From contig CBDBHE010000001.1 of assembly GCA_965205605.1 (NCBI GenBank), positions 31,384 through 95,383 of the forward strand: DNA of 64,000 bases, given 5' to 3'. The stretch is from Spirochaetota bacterium (GTDB lineage: Bacteria > Spirochaetota > UBA12135 > COTS27 > CBDBHE01). The notes below the pieces were generated by a model. The model was given only the letters and a program-made list of their open reading frames with translations, did not search any database and had not been told where the DNA came from. The position numbers were made by a program, and so were the translations under genes. This document shows positions 10,819-19,885 of this stretch, one piece after another; position 1 is the stretch's first letter; each line of letters starts with the position of its first letter.

Positions 10819-12480
10819 TTATTTAATTTTAAAAATATACAGACTTTCACCATTATTAAAGTAAGAGCCATGAAAAGAAAGAATTTTTTCCTTAATTAAA
10901 TTTGTATTCTGATCTTTAGAATCAATTAAGAGTTGTTTTAAATGATTTTTAATATCTTCTTGTTTTAAATCATTTGTATAAATAATAATAATGTCATCCC
11001 TTTTACAAAAAACATTATTACCACCTGAGAAGTGCTTTTTAGTATCCCCTATTAAAGTATTATTCGAAGCAACAACATCTACTTTATTCAATGAAACTTT
11101 AAAGTGTAAACAACAATAATTTTTAGTAACAAGATACGAAAAAGCATTTTTTCTTTCTTTTTGAAAAATAAACATTGAGATTTTAATGTTCTCTTTATTG
11201 ATGCCTTTTGAAAAAAAATTTTCTAATTTTTTTTTAGAAGACTTATACAAATTAGAAGGAGAGTTATACTTATCTAATAATTCAATTAAAAAAGAATCTA
11301 TACTATCTTGATATTCTAAAACTAAGTCAGATTCTGCAAAAAGATGACCTCCTAGTAAAGTATATGTTTTAGGAGAATGCTCTTTAAAATGGATTAAAGG
11401 GTATTGGTGATTAGAAGAAAAAGTTCTTTCTGAAAAAGAAAAATCTTCTTGCTGAGAAAACCAAGATTTATTTTTATTAGTAAAAATCTCAAAATGATTA
11501 AAATCTTGTTTTTTTGATTTTAAAAAATTCATCCCTTCTACAAGAACATTGGCAAAAGAAGATAGATAAGAAAAATCATTTTCTTTAAAAGGCCCTCCAC
11601 TCGAACGTTCACTAACACTTAAAAAACCAATAATTTTGTTTTTTTCTAAAAGAGGGACGCAAATAAATGATTTTTGACGGTACCTAAGATTTTTATTTCT
11701 CCCTCCAAATCGAGCATCTTTTTTAATATCCTCACTAAAAACACCTTTTTTATTTTTATACACATACTCTAAAACATTATTTTTAACCGTAACTTCCCCT
11801 TTACTTAAAACTTTACTAGGTATCGAATGTCCTGCTACAAAAACAAATTGATTTTTTTCCTTAAGAATAATAGAAATACGACTAGATTCCAGGTTTTCAT
11901 CAATTAAATTAAAAGCTTCTTTAAAAAATTCTTCCAAATTAGAGACTCTAAATAAAGATTGATTGAGTGCTGTAATCGTATTATTTTCTTTTATTTCAGC
12001 TTTAGAGCGATTAATAAACTTATATCTCCTGAGAGGAAATATAATAAGTTTAGAAAAAAAATCAAAATGACTTAATTTATTTTTTTCATTAACATTAAAA
12101 GCAACTAATAAACCATAAACTTGACTATAATCAAAAACAACTTTTGCATATAAATTTTTAATAGGTGCTTTTTTTTTAGCAAAACAGTTTTCTAATTTTT
12201 CCAGTTTTTTTTGTTCATTAAACAAACCATCTTTTTTTTCTGAAACAATTTTCAAAAGCAATTTTGATTTATCTTGAAACGATTCAAAATCACTAATATT
12301 AATATTAAGTGGTTTATAAAGATTCCCTTTCTCAAAATCATAAAAATAAAAACCAATATTAGTAGCTTCAATAAATTTTTGAGCTTCTTTTTCAATATTA
12401 TTTGAAACTCGATAATCACCAGCTAAATCATCTATTCTTACAGCAGCTGAAATTAAAGAATCTAAATCATTTCCATTCAT
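10819..12480 (-). CDS. GAF-domain protein with degenerate C-terminal SpoIIE/PP2C-like domain
   Basis: GAF signature DIKKDARF...KSFICVPLLEKNKIIGFLSV...FKEND; C-terminal DDIIIIYTNDL resembles GDxllxYTDG. Confidence 0.65.
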   Translation of the reverse strand: MNGNDLDSLISAAVRIDDLAGDYRVSNNIEKEAQKFIEATNIGFYFYDFEKGNLYKPLNINISDFESFQDKSKLLLKIVSEKKDGLFNEQKKLEKLENCFAKKKAPIKNLYAKVVFDYSQVYGLLVAFNVNEKNKLSHFDFFSKLIIFPLRRYKFINRSKAEIKENNTITALNQSLFRVSNLEEFFKEAFNLIDENLESSRISIILKEKNQFVFVAGHSIPSKVLSKGEVTVKNNVLEYVYKNKKGVFSEDIKKDARFGGRNKNLRYRQKSFICVPLLEKNKIIGFLSVSERSSGGPFKENDFSYLSSFANVLVEGMNFLKSKKQDFNHFEIFTNKNKSWFSQQEDFSFSERTFSSNHQYPLIHFKEHSPKTYTLLGGHLFAESDLVLEYQDSIDSFLIELLDKYNSPSNLYKSSKKKLENFFSKGINKENIKISMFIFQKERKNAFSYLVTKNYCCLHFKVSLNKVDVVASNNTLIGDTKKHFSGGNNVFCKRDDIIIIYTNDLKQEDIKNHLKQLLIDSKDQNTNLIKEKILSFHGSYFNNGESLYIFKIK

Positions 12481-12511
12481 AGACTAACATACACTTGTTT
12501 AAATAAAAAAA

Positions 12512-13252
12512 TTAAACTGGCGTTTTCTCATAATAAAGAATTCTAGAACAATTCGTACAATAAACAACGTCTTTTTGTTGCTTTACATGGACTTCAACTT
12601 GAAAAGGGACTCTCATGTAACACCCACAACAAGTTTGGTTTTCTACTAAAACAATCGCTTTTTTATTTTTGTGTTTATAAATACGATTAAAAACAATGAC
12701 TAATTTTGCAGGTATTTTTTCTTCTATTTTCTTTTTTTCTTCCGTGTATTCAGAGATTTTTTTTTTTCTTTCTTGTAAAAGTGACTCAAGGTTTTCTTTT
12801 TTATTTTTAATGAGTTCTTCTAATTCTTTAATGTTTTCTTCAATAACAGCAATTTTCTCTTTTTTAAAATCAAACTCTTCTGTCTTTGTTAAAAGATCAT
12901 TTTCTAAAATAGCATTTTTTCTATTAAGCTCATCAATTTCTTTATTAATTGCTTTAAATTCTTTAATGGTTTTTATTTTCTTTTTTTTATCTTCCTTCTC
13001 TTCTATCCTTTCTTTTATCTGTTTAAGAATAGTTTGTATTTCGTCATATTCTTTTTTACATTTATCTAAAATAGGTTGATGTTTATCATATTGATATTTT
13101 TTAATGTTATATTTTTTTTCTTCATTTTGCATGCCTTCACGCATTTCATTAATTTCTCCTACTAAAGCATCCAAATTTTGACTTACTTCTTGAAATTCAA
13201 TGAGTTTAGTTACTAGTTCAGAAATTTTATTTTTTTTTATTACTTCAGTCAT
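12512..13252 (-). CDS. Coiled-coil C4-type zinc-ribbon protein (DUF164/CT398/HP0958 family)
   Basis: Long coiled coil then CCGCYMRVP...CTNCSRILY. Confidence 0.88.
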   Translation of the reverse strand: MTEVIKKNKISELVTKLIEFQEVSQNLDALVGEINEMREGMQNEEKKYNIKKYQYDKHQPILDKCKKEYDEIQTILKQIKERIEEKEDKKKKIKTIKEFKAINKEIDELNRKNAILENDLLTKTEEFDFKKEKIAVIEENIKELEELIKNKKENLESLLQERKKKISEYTEEKKKIEEKIPAKLVIVFNRIYKHKNKKAIVLVENQTCCGCYMRVPFQVEVHVKQQKDVVYCTNCSRILYYEKTPV

Positions 13253-13314
13253 AGGTCTAAAAAACTCCTCTACCTTTAAAACTTAAAAAAAGAATAGATA
13301 TTAAAACTACCTCA

Positions 13315-13342
13315 TTATACCATATAATTTATACCATATAAT
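13315..13342. repeat. 14-bp tandem duplication TTATACCATATAAT x2 overlapping a minus-strand extended -10 (TGGTATAAT)
   Basis: Read directly: 13315-13328 equals 13329-13342. Confidence 0.75.
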
Positions 13343-13350
13343 TTTTTTTG

Positions 13351-13368
13351 AATCCTTTTAAAAGGATT
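13351..13368. promoter_or_regulatory. Perfect 18-bp palindrome in divergent promoter region (possible operator)
   Basis: AATCCTTTT|AAAAGGATT. Confidence 0.4.
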
Positions 13369-13426
13369 TTTTTAAAAAAATTATATTACACATTAATATG
13401 ATAATAAATAACCCTTCACTTTTTTT

Positions 13427-14041
13427 ATGAACTTTCTTAAACAAGGTGGTTTTATGATGTGGGCTATTTTGTTTACATCTGTTATAGGACTTAGCATTAT
13501 TATTGAAAGATATTTTTATTTTAGAAAAGTTATTAAAAATCAAAAACAATTTCTAAAAGATCTTAAAACACTTTCAGTCACTAAAGAAAAAACTCATTTA
13601 AAAGCTTTTTTAAAAAAATTAAGTGATGAAAAACAATACTCCTTTCATCTTGTTTTCCATACCATTACTTCAAATATTAATAAAGATAGCCTTACTCTTG
13701 AGAAACTGACTTTAGTTGCGATACAAAAGGAAGTTGGTAAACTTGAAAAAGGTTTAACAACTTTAAACACTATTGCCTCCACTGCCCCTTTGATGGGACT
13801 TTTGGGGACTGTTCTTGGCATGATAGAATCTTTTGCCTATATCTCTTTTAATCAAGATCAAGCCTTAGGCGAAGATATTGCCAACGGAATTTCAAAAGCT
13901 CTTTTAACAACTGCTTTTGGACTTTTTGTGGCCATTCCTTGTATTATTTTTTATAATTACTTTTCAAAAAAACTCGATACTATTATTAATGATATTGAAA
14001 CAACAACCCTTAATATTATTAATCAATTAAAAAAGAGCTAA
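13427..14041 (+). CDS. MotA/TolQ/ExbB proton channel family protein
   Basis: GGFMMWAI...IIERY; APLMGLLGTVLGMI; GISKALLTTAFGLFVAIP. Confidence 0.92.
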   Translation: MNFLKQGGFMMWAILFTSVIGLSIIIERYFYFRKVIKNQKQFLKDLKTLSVTKEKTHLKAFLKKLSDEKQYSFHLVFHTITSNINKDSLTLEKLTLVAIQKEVGKLEKGLTTLNTIASTAPLMGLLGTVLGMIESFAYISFNQDQALGEDIANGISKALLTTAFGLFVAIPCIIFYNYFSKKLDTIINDIETTTLNIINQLKKS

Positions 14042-14045
14042 AAAA

Positions 14046-14903
14046 ATGGGAAACCTTATTTCATTTTTTCAAACCAATAAGATTTCTTGTCCTATTTGTT
14101 CAAAAAAATTTTCTAGAGAAATCATGCGAACGGGTGGAGGAAGAATTATTGCTGGTAAATTAAAAATAGATTTAAGAAGAGAATATGAAAAAAGTTCTAA
14201 ATATGGATATGTTTACCCTTTAATTTACAACCCTGTTGTTTGTCCTAATTGTTTTTATTCTGCTCTTCCAGAAGATTTTTCTAAAGTCCCCAAAGAAATT
14301 ATTCCAAAAATATTAGCTAATGAAGCATCACGAAAAGAACATGCCAATATGATTTTTGGTGATTTTAATTATGAAAGCGAGCATCGCAACTTAACAGCAG
14401 GTGCTAAAGGATTTTTTTTAGGAGTTTCATGTTATGCCTATTTTCCAAAAGAATTTGCCCCATCAACAAAAAAAGCTATTTGTGCAATAAGGGCTTCTTG
14501 GTGCATTGACGATCTTTATAAACAACATAAAAACGAAAACTATGAAACCATTTATCAATATTTTAGATTTTTAGCTTTCAAATGTTATGAAAAATCAATT
14601 GAAACTATGACAAGTGGTGAAGAAGATTTTGGAGGAGTTTCTCATTTAGGGCCCGATACCGATGTCAATTTTGGCTATGAAGGGACTCTTTATACAAGCG
14701 CTTATTTAGGATATGAACTTAAAAACCTTCTTGATGAAAAAATATTATATCAAAAACTTAAAGATTATCGGACCCAATTAGCAAAAGTTTTTGGGTTTGG
14801 AAAATCTTCTAAAGAAAAACCCACCCCTCTTCTCAATCATGCAAGAGATTTACATGAACTCATCGGTAAAGAAATTGATTCTTTAAAAGAAATATACAAA
14901 TAA
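14046..14903 (+). CDS. DUF2225 domain protein
   Basis: CPIC...YNPVVCPNCFYSA; family common in spirochaetes next to truA. Confidence 0.8.
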   Translation: MGNLISFFQTNKISCPICSKKFSREIMRTGGGRIIAGKLKIDLRREYEKSSKYGYVYPLIYNPVVCPNCFYSALPEDFSKVPKEIIPKILANEASRKEHANMIFGDFNYESEHRNLTAGAKGFFLGVSCYAYFPKEFAPSTKKAICAIRASWCIDDLYKQHKNENYETIYQYFRFLAFKCYEKSIETMTSGEEDFGGVSHLGPDTDVNFGYEGTLYTSAYLGYELKNLLDEKILYQKLKDYRTQLAKVFGFGKSSKEKPTPLLNHARDLHELIGKEIDSLKEIYK

Positions 14904-14907
14904 ACCC

Positions 14908-15690
14908 ATGCAAATCTGCATTTGTCTTGCTTATGATGGCACCAATTATCATGGCTTCCAAAAACAAAAAAATACTTTAACGATTCAAAATATTTTAGAA
15001 AAAAAATTAAGTAATTTGTATCAACAAGCAATTACTATTACCTCTTCAGGGAGAACGGACAAAGGGGTTCATGCCGAAGGACAAGTTATCGCTTTTAAAA
15101 TTAAAAAACCCTCTCTTATTCCTATTAAAAAGCTTCCTTCTATTTTAAATAAAAAATTACCTTCAGATATTCAACTACTTTCAGCTAAAGAAACTTCTTT
15201 TTCTTTTCACCCTCGTTATCAAGCAAAAGTTCGCTGTTATCGTTATCGTTTTTTAAAATCTTCTTCTCAACTCAAGCGGCTTCCTTTAGAGTTACTTAGG
15301 TTTGCTTATAATTCTAATTATTTCATTTCAAAAAAAGAATTTTATTCTTACTTGAGGCCGTTTATTGGAAAACATGATTTTACTTCTTTTTCTTCCAAGC
15401 ATGACAGTGCAAAAAATAAAATAAGAGAAATTTATCACATTGATCTTATTGAAAATATTTATTCTATTGACATTGATATTTATGCCAATGCCTTTTTAAG
15501 AAACATGGTAAGGTCCATGATAGGTAATGCCTTTTATTTTTATAAAAAAAAAGTAAAAATAGATATTATCAAAAGTATTTTACTCAAAAAAAATCCAGAA
15601 CTAGCTAAACTAAGAATGCCAGCTAAAGGGCTTTGTTTAAAAAAAGTGTTTTACACGCCTATTTTTCCAACTTTATTTTCCAAATCATAA
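14908..15690 (+). CDS. truA: tRNA pseudouridine(38-40) synthase
   Basis: YDGTNYHGFQ, SGRTDKGVHAEGQV, HDFTSF, AFLRNMVR, PAKGL. Confidence 0.96.
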   Translation: MQICICLAYDGTNYHGFQKQKNTLTIQNILEKKLSNLYQQAITITSSGRTDKGVHAEGQVIAFKIKKPSLIPIKKLPSILNKKLPSDIQLLSAKETSFSFHPRYQAKVRCYRYRFLKSSSQLKRLPLELLRFAYNSNYFISKKEFYSYLRPFIGKHDFTSFSSKHDSAKNKIREIYHIDLIENIYSIDIDIYANAFLRNMVRSMIGNAFYFYKKKVKIDIIKSILLKKNPELAKLRMPAKGLCLKKVFYTPIFPTLFSKS

Positions 15691-15700
15691 AAAAGTAACC

Positions 15701-17038
15701 ATGATTCATATTTTAATTGTTGATGATGAAAAAAATATTCGAGAAGGGCTACAAAAAGCACTTGAGCCATCGGGATATAAAATAATACTAGCAAGTGATG
15801 GAAAAGAAGGATTAGAAAAATTTCTCATTAATAAAATTGATTTAGCTATTTTAGATATTAAAATGCCTAAAATTAGCGGACTTGAAGTCTTACAAAAAAT
15901 CAATGATTTTCAAACGGCTATTCCAATTATTTTTCTAACAGGCCATGGCAATGTAGAAACCGCTGTGGAAGCGATGCAACTTGGGGCTTATGATTTTTTA
16001 ACCAAACCTGTTAATTTAGACAAACTAGAAATTATCATCAAAAGAGCTCTTAATTTAAAAGAGCTTGAGAAAACTAATAAAAAACTTAAAAACCAAATTA
16101 GAGACTATGAAGTCGTTAAAAACATTTTAGGTAAAAGTAAACAAACTCTAAAATTGATTGAAACCATTAAAAAAGTCGCCCCTTCAAAAGCCAATGTCTA
16201 TATTTATGGAGAAAGTGGGACTGGAAAAGAAGAAGTTTGTAATGCTATTCACCAGTACACAATGGAAAACAAGCCCCTCATTAAAGTCAACTGTTCTGCA
16301 CTTTCTCCTAGTCTAATGGAAAGTGAACTTTTTGGTCACGAAAAAGGAGCCTTTACTGGCGCTCATCAACTTAAAATTGGACGTTTTGAAGCTGCAAATG
16401 GAGGAAGTCTTTTTTTAGATGAAGTGAGTGAAATCCAAAAAGAGGTCCAAATTAAGCTACTAAGAGTCCTCCAAGAAAAAAAAATTGAACGCATCGGTAG
16501 TAACCAATCGATTGATATTAATTGTCGAATTATTTGTGCTTCTAATAAAAATCTTGAAGAAGAAGTAAAAAAAAATAATTTTAGAGAAGATTTATTTTAT
16601 CGCTTAAATGTTATTGACATTAATGTCCCTCCTCTTAGAGAACGTAAAGAAGACATCGAGCTTTTAAGCAAAAATTTTTTTGAATTTTTTACCAAAGAAA
16701 ATAATTTTGATTCTTTAGAAATCACTCCCCAAGTGTTTTCTTGTTTTCAAAATTATTCTTGGCCAGGAAATATTAGAGAACTTAAAAACGTTGTTGAAAA
16801 GCTCGTGGTGATGAACACAAATAATAGAATTGCTATTAAAGACTTACCTGTTTATCTTAGAAAAAACAATATCAAAAAAAATAATATAGACGTCCCTTTT
16901 GGGATCTCTTTAGAAGAAGCAGAAAAAAAAATTATTTTTGAAACCATCCAACATTTTGGAGGAAATAAAAGTAACGCAGCAAAGTCTTTAAAAATAGGAC
17001 GTAAGACACTTCATCGAAAAATTAACTCTGGACAATAA
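15701..17038 (+). CDS. Sigma54-dependent response regulator (NtrC/AtoC family; REC-AAA-HTH), no adjacent kinase
   Basis: VDDE/DIKMP receiver, GESGTGKE, ESELFGHEKGAFTGA, FREDLFYRL, Fis-type HTH. Confidence 0.95.
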   Translation: MIHILIVDDEKNIREGLQKALEPSGYKIILASDGKEGLEKFLINKIDLAILDIKMPKISGLEVLQKINDFQTAIPIIFLTGHGNVETAVEAMQLGAYDFLTKPVNLDKLEIIIKRALNLKELEKTNKKLKNQIRDYEVVKNILGKSKQTLKLIETIKKVAPSKANVYIYGESGTGKEEVCNAIHQYTMENKPLIKVNCSALSPSLMESELFGHEKGAFTGAHQLKIGRFEAANGGSLFLDEVSEIQKEVQIKLLRVLQEKKIERIGSNQSIDINCRIICASNKNLEEEVKKNNFREDLFYRLNVIDINVPPLRERKEDIELLSKNFFEFFTKENNFDSLEITPQVFSCFQNYSWPGNIRELKNVVEKLVVMNTNNRIAIKDLPVYLRKNNIKKNNIDVPFGISLEEAEKKIIFETIQHFGGNKSNAAKSLKIGRKTLHRKINSGQ

Positions 17039-17048
17039 CACCAATAAA

Positions 17049-18152
17049 TTACAAATACTTTCTTTCAATTCTTTTCCCTAATGAACAGATAATATCATAA
17101 GGATGTGACTCTTTTAAACAAGCCCAATCTTCTACTGTAATTGACTTGTCTTCACTGTCTCCAATCAAAACAACCCGATCCCCTATTTTAGCTTTTTTGA
17201 CCCGACTAACATCCACTGTAATATAATCCATCGATATTCGACCAATTATAGGGCAAATCTCCCCTGATATAAGTACTTTACCTTTATTGCCAGCAATGTA
17301 AGGTATCCCATCTGCGTAACCCAAAGGAATCGTCCCAACTAAAGTATCTTTTTTTAAAATACAAGTCGCTCCATAACCAATTGTACTACCCTTAGGTAGC
17401 ATTCTTAAAGAAATTAAAGAAGAAAAAAGAGTGAGCGTTTTTTTTAAAGTATAAGCATGGCCTCCTAAAAGATCAAAAACACCATATAAATTAATCCCCG
17501 TTCGTACCATATTGTAATAAGTTTCTTCAAAGTTATTAATGCCATCAGAGTTTGCCAGATGCTTCCAAACAATGTTTTGATATTTTTCTAAAATAATATC
17601 AAAACGCTTTTTTTGTTTTTGAGTTTGAGGGTCTTTTTTTAAATTAGCATTTGATAAATGAGAATACACTCCTTCTATTTTTAAAGATGACAATGACAAA
17701 ATTTTATCAATGATTAAAAAAGCTTTTTCATAAAAAATACCAAGTCTCCCCATCCCTGTATCAATAACAAGATGCCCTATAATTTGTTTTTTTTGTTTTT
17801 TGGCTTCTTTATCAATCAGTTTAGCAAGCTCTAAATTTTCAATGGCTAAAATAAAATTATTTTCAATCGCTTTTTTAATTTCTTCTTTAAACAAAGAGCC
17901 CAATATAAGAATGTTTACTTTTTTTTTAAAAAAAGCTTTAATTTCTAAAGCTTCTTTAAGATTGGCTACTCCAAACCATTTTGCTCCTACTTTATAAAGT
18001 GCTTTACTAATAGCCCCTACCCCAAGTCCATAAGCATTAGCTTTTAAAACCACCATCACTTCACAAGGATCAACATGCCTTTTAATCGTCAAAAAATTCT
18101 CTTGAATTTTTTTGATTTGAATCAAAAGCTGACTTTTAAAAATTAAACTCAT
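17049..18152 (-). CDS. alr: Alanine racemase
   Basis: VLKANAYG (PLP Lys), DTGMGRLG, GYADG, GRISMD. Confidence 0.95.
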   Translation of the reverse strand: MSLIFKSQLLIQIKKIQENFLTIKRHVDPCEVMVVLKANAYGLGVGAISKALYKVGAKWFGVANLKEALEIKAFFKKKVNILILGSLFKEEIKKAIENNFILAIENLELAKLIDKEAKKQKKQIIGHLVIDTGMGRLGIFYEKAFLIIDKILSLSSLKIEGVYSHLSNANLKKDPQTQKQKKRFDIILEKYQNIVWKHLANSDGINNFEETYYNMVRTGINLYGVFDLLGGHAYTLKKTLTLFSSLISLRMLPKGSTIGYGATCILKKDTLVGTIPLGYADGIPYIAGNKGKVLISGEICPIIGRISMDYITVDVSRVKKAKIGDRVVLIGDSEDKSITVEDWACLKESHPYDIICSLGKRIERKYL

Positions 18153-18179
18153 TCTTTACTTCTTGTATTTTCCCTATTT

Positions 18180-19130
18180 CTATCCTCTTAAAAAAAGATA
18201 ATAGATATAAACTCCATAAATAAAAAGCAGAAAAAACCCTTTCCTTAAAGTAAGCATATACGCTTTTCCAATAAAGCAAAAACCAATAAGAAGTAAACAA
18301 ATGACCATATTTAAAAGGCATTCAATTAAAAATAAAGAAGAAATCTCAATCGGTTTGACTAAAGCACTAGCTCCAAAAATAAGAAAAATATTACAAATAT
18401 TAGATCCAAAAATATTCCCAACAATAAGGTCTATTTTCTTTTTTTTAACCGCAATAATCGTTGTCACTAACTCCGGAAAAGAAGTCCCTAAAGCAACCAC
18501 TGTAAGCCCCACAAACCCTTCACTTAAAGCAAATAAATCACAAAGAAACAAACTTCCATAAACAATCAATCTTCCTCCTAAAAAAAGAAAGACAATTCCA
18601 ATAAAAATCAAAAAAATAGAAACTTTTAAAGACTTTGTTTTTTGACTAGATATTTCTTCTTTGATAAAACTTTTTCGATCTTTTTTAAAAAGAAAGTAAT
18701 AATAACAAAAAAATATCACTAAAAAAATAACGCCTTCTAAGCGAGATAAGGTATAAGATTTATAATTAATGACAAAAGCAAATATTAAAAAACAACTAAT
18801 AGAAGCAATATTAAGTAAAATATCAACACGTACCAAATACTTTGAAAAAGGAATCACTGTTAAAAAAGAAGCGATTCCAAAAATTAAAAGTAAATTTGAT
18901 AAATTACTCCCTAAAATATTTCCAACAGCCAAATCAAAATTATTCAAATAAACCGCTATGGTGTTAAATACAAGCTCTGGGGCTGAAGTGCCAATTGAAA
19001 CAATGGTAAGCCCCACTACCATTTCTGAAATTTTAAGCTGTAAAGCAATCGAACAAGCCCCTTCTACTAAATAATTTGCCCCCTTAATCAGTAAAAAAAA
19101 GCCTAAAAATAAGCCCAAAATCTCAAACAT
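18180..19130 (-). CDS. Calcium/sodium antiporter (YrbG family)
   Basis: Two alpha repeats GTSAPEL/GNILGSN and GTSFPEL/GNIFGSN. Confidence 0.92.
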   Translation of the reverse strand: MFEILGLFLGFFLLIKGANYLVEGACSIALQLKISEMVVGLTIVSIGTSAPELVFNTIAVYLNNFDLAVGNILGSNLSNLLLIFGIASFLTVIPFSKYLVRVDILLNIASISCFLIFAFVINYKSYTLSRLEGVIFLVIFFCYYYFLFKKDRKSFIKEEISSQKTKSLKVSIFLIFIGIVFLFLGGRLIVYGSLFLCDLFALSEGFVGLTVVALGTSFPELVTTIIAVKKKKIDLIVGNIFGSNICNIFLIFGASALVKPIEISSLFLIECLLNMVICLLLIGFCFIGKAYMLTLRKGFFLLFIYGVYIYYLFLRG

Positions 19131-19885
19131 TATTTCAATTTCTCTCGCATCACTTCTGCACTAGAAGCCTTCAGATAAAATGGCACCAATTTCAACGGGT
19201 CTTCAAAACAAGCTTCTTGTTTACTTATTTTTTTTTCAATCATATCAGCAAAAAAACAAGTATCAACCGCATTAAAAAAATTTTCTAAATAAAAATCAAG
19301 TTTCATATTTTTTATTCCTTGTTTAAAAGCATCCTTAGCTGTACCAAAAATAATAGGTTTTATTGTTTCATGTTCTTTTAAAAAATTAGAGAAATCACGA
19401 CCCTTTAATGTTTTTTCTTCCAATTTACCCAAAGAAAATCCTTTTAAAATTGCCAAAAAATCTTCGATTGAGTCTTCAAAATAAGGTAAAAGACGTTTTT
19501 GGTTTTTATATAAAGTCCAATAAAGATTTCTTTTCCCTGAATCTACAATAGGAAGCAAATAACCTTCTTTGTATAACCCTGCTTTTTTTACAAGTAATTC
19601 AAAAACATTAAGTGTAACAATTTTTTTTTTCAAAGCATACGCTAAAGTTTTGAAAATAGAATACCCAATCCGCAGCCCTGTGAAACTCCCTGGCCCTGAA
19701 ACAAGCCCAAAAGCATCCATATCTTTAAGTTCTATACTTACTTCTTTTAAAAGAGACGTCAGCATTGGAAAAAAAGTTTCATGATGACGGTAAGATTCTG
19801 TTGAAAAGAAATTTTTCTTAATAACTCCTACTTTTATCGAAAGCTTTAAAAAAGAACCACTACTATCACAAGTAAGAATATTCAC
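19130..19885 (-). CDS. tsaB: tRNA threonylcarbamoyladenosine biosynthesis protein TsaB
   Basis: GPGSFTGLRIG; C-terminal LVPFYLKASSAE. Confidence 0.92.
   Translation of the reverse strand: MNILTCDSSGSFLKLSIKVGVIKKNFFSTESYRHHETFFPMLTSLLKEVSIELKDMDAFGLVSGPGSFTGLRIGYSIFKTLAYALKKKIVTLNVFELLVKKAGLYKEGYLLPIVDSGKRNLYWTLYKNQKRLLPYFEDSIEDFLAILKGFSLGKLEEKTLKGRDFSNFLKEHETIKPIIFGTAKDAFKQGIKNMKLDFYLENFFNAVDTCFFADMIEKKISKQEACFEDPLKLVPFYLKASSAEVMREKLK

Noticed and set aside
13427-14041. Solitary ExbB/TolQ as part of a Zorya or flagellar stator system
   Set aside because: Ordinary 204-aa ExbB-type sequence with no long tail or MotB/ZorB neighbour; the partner is probably encoded elsewhere
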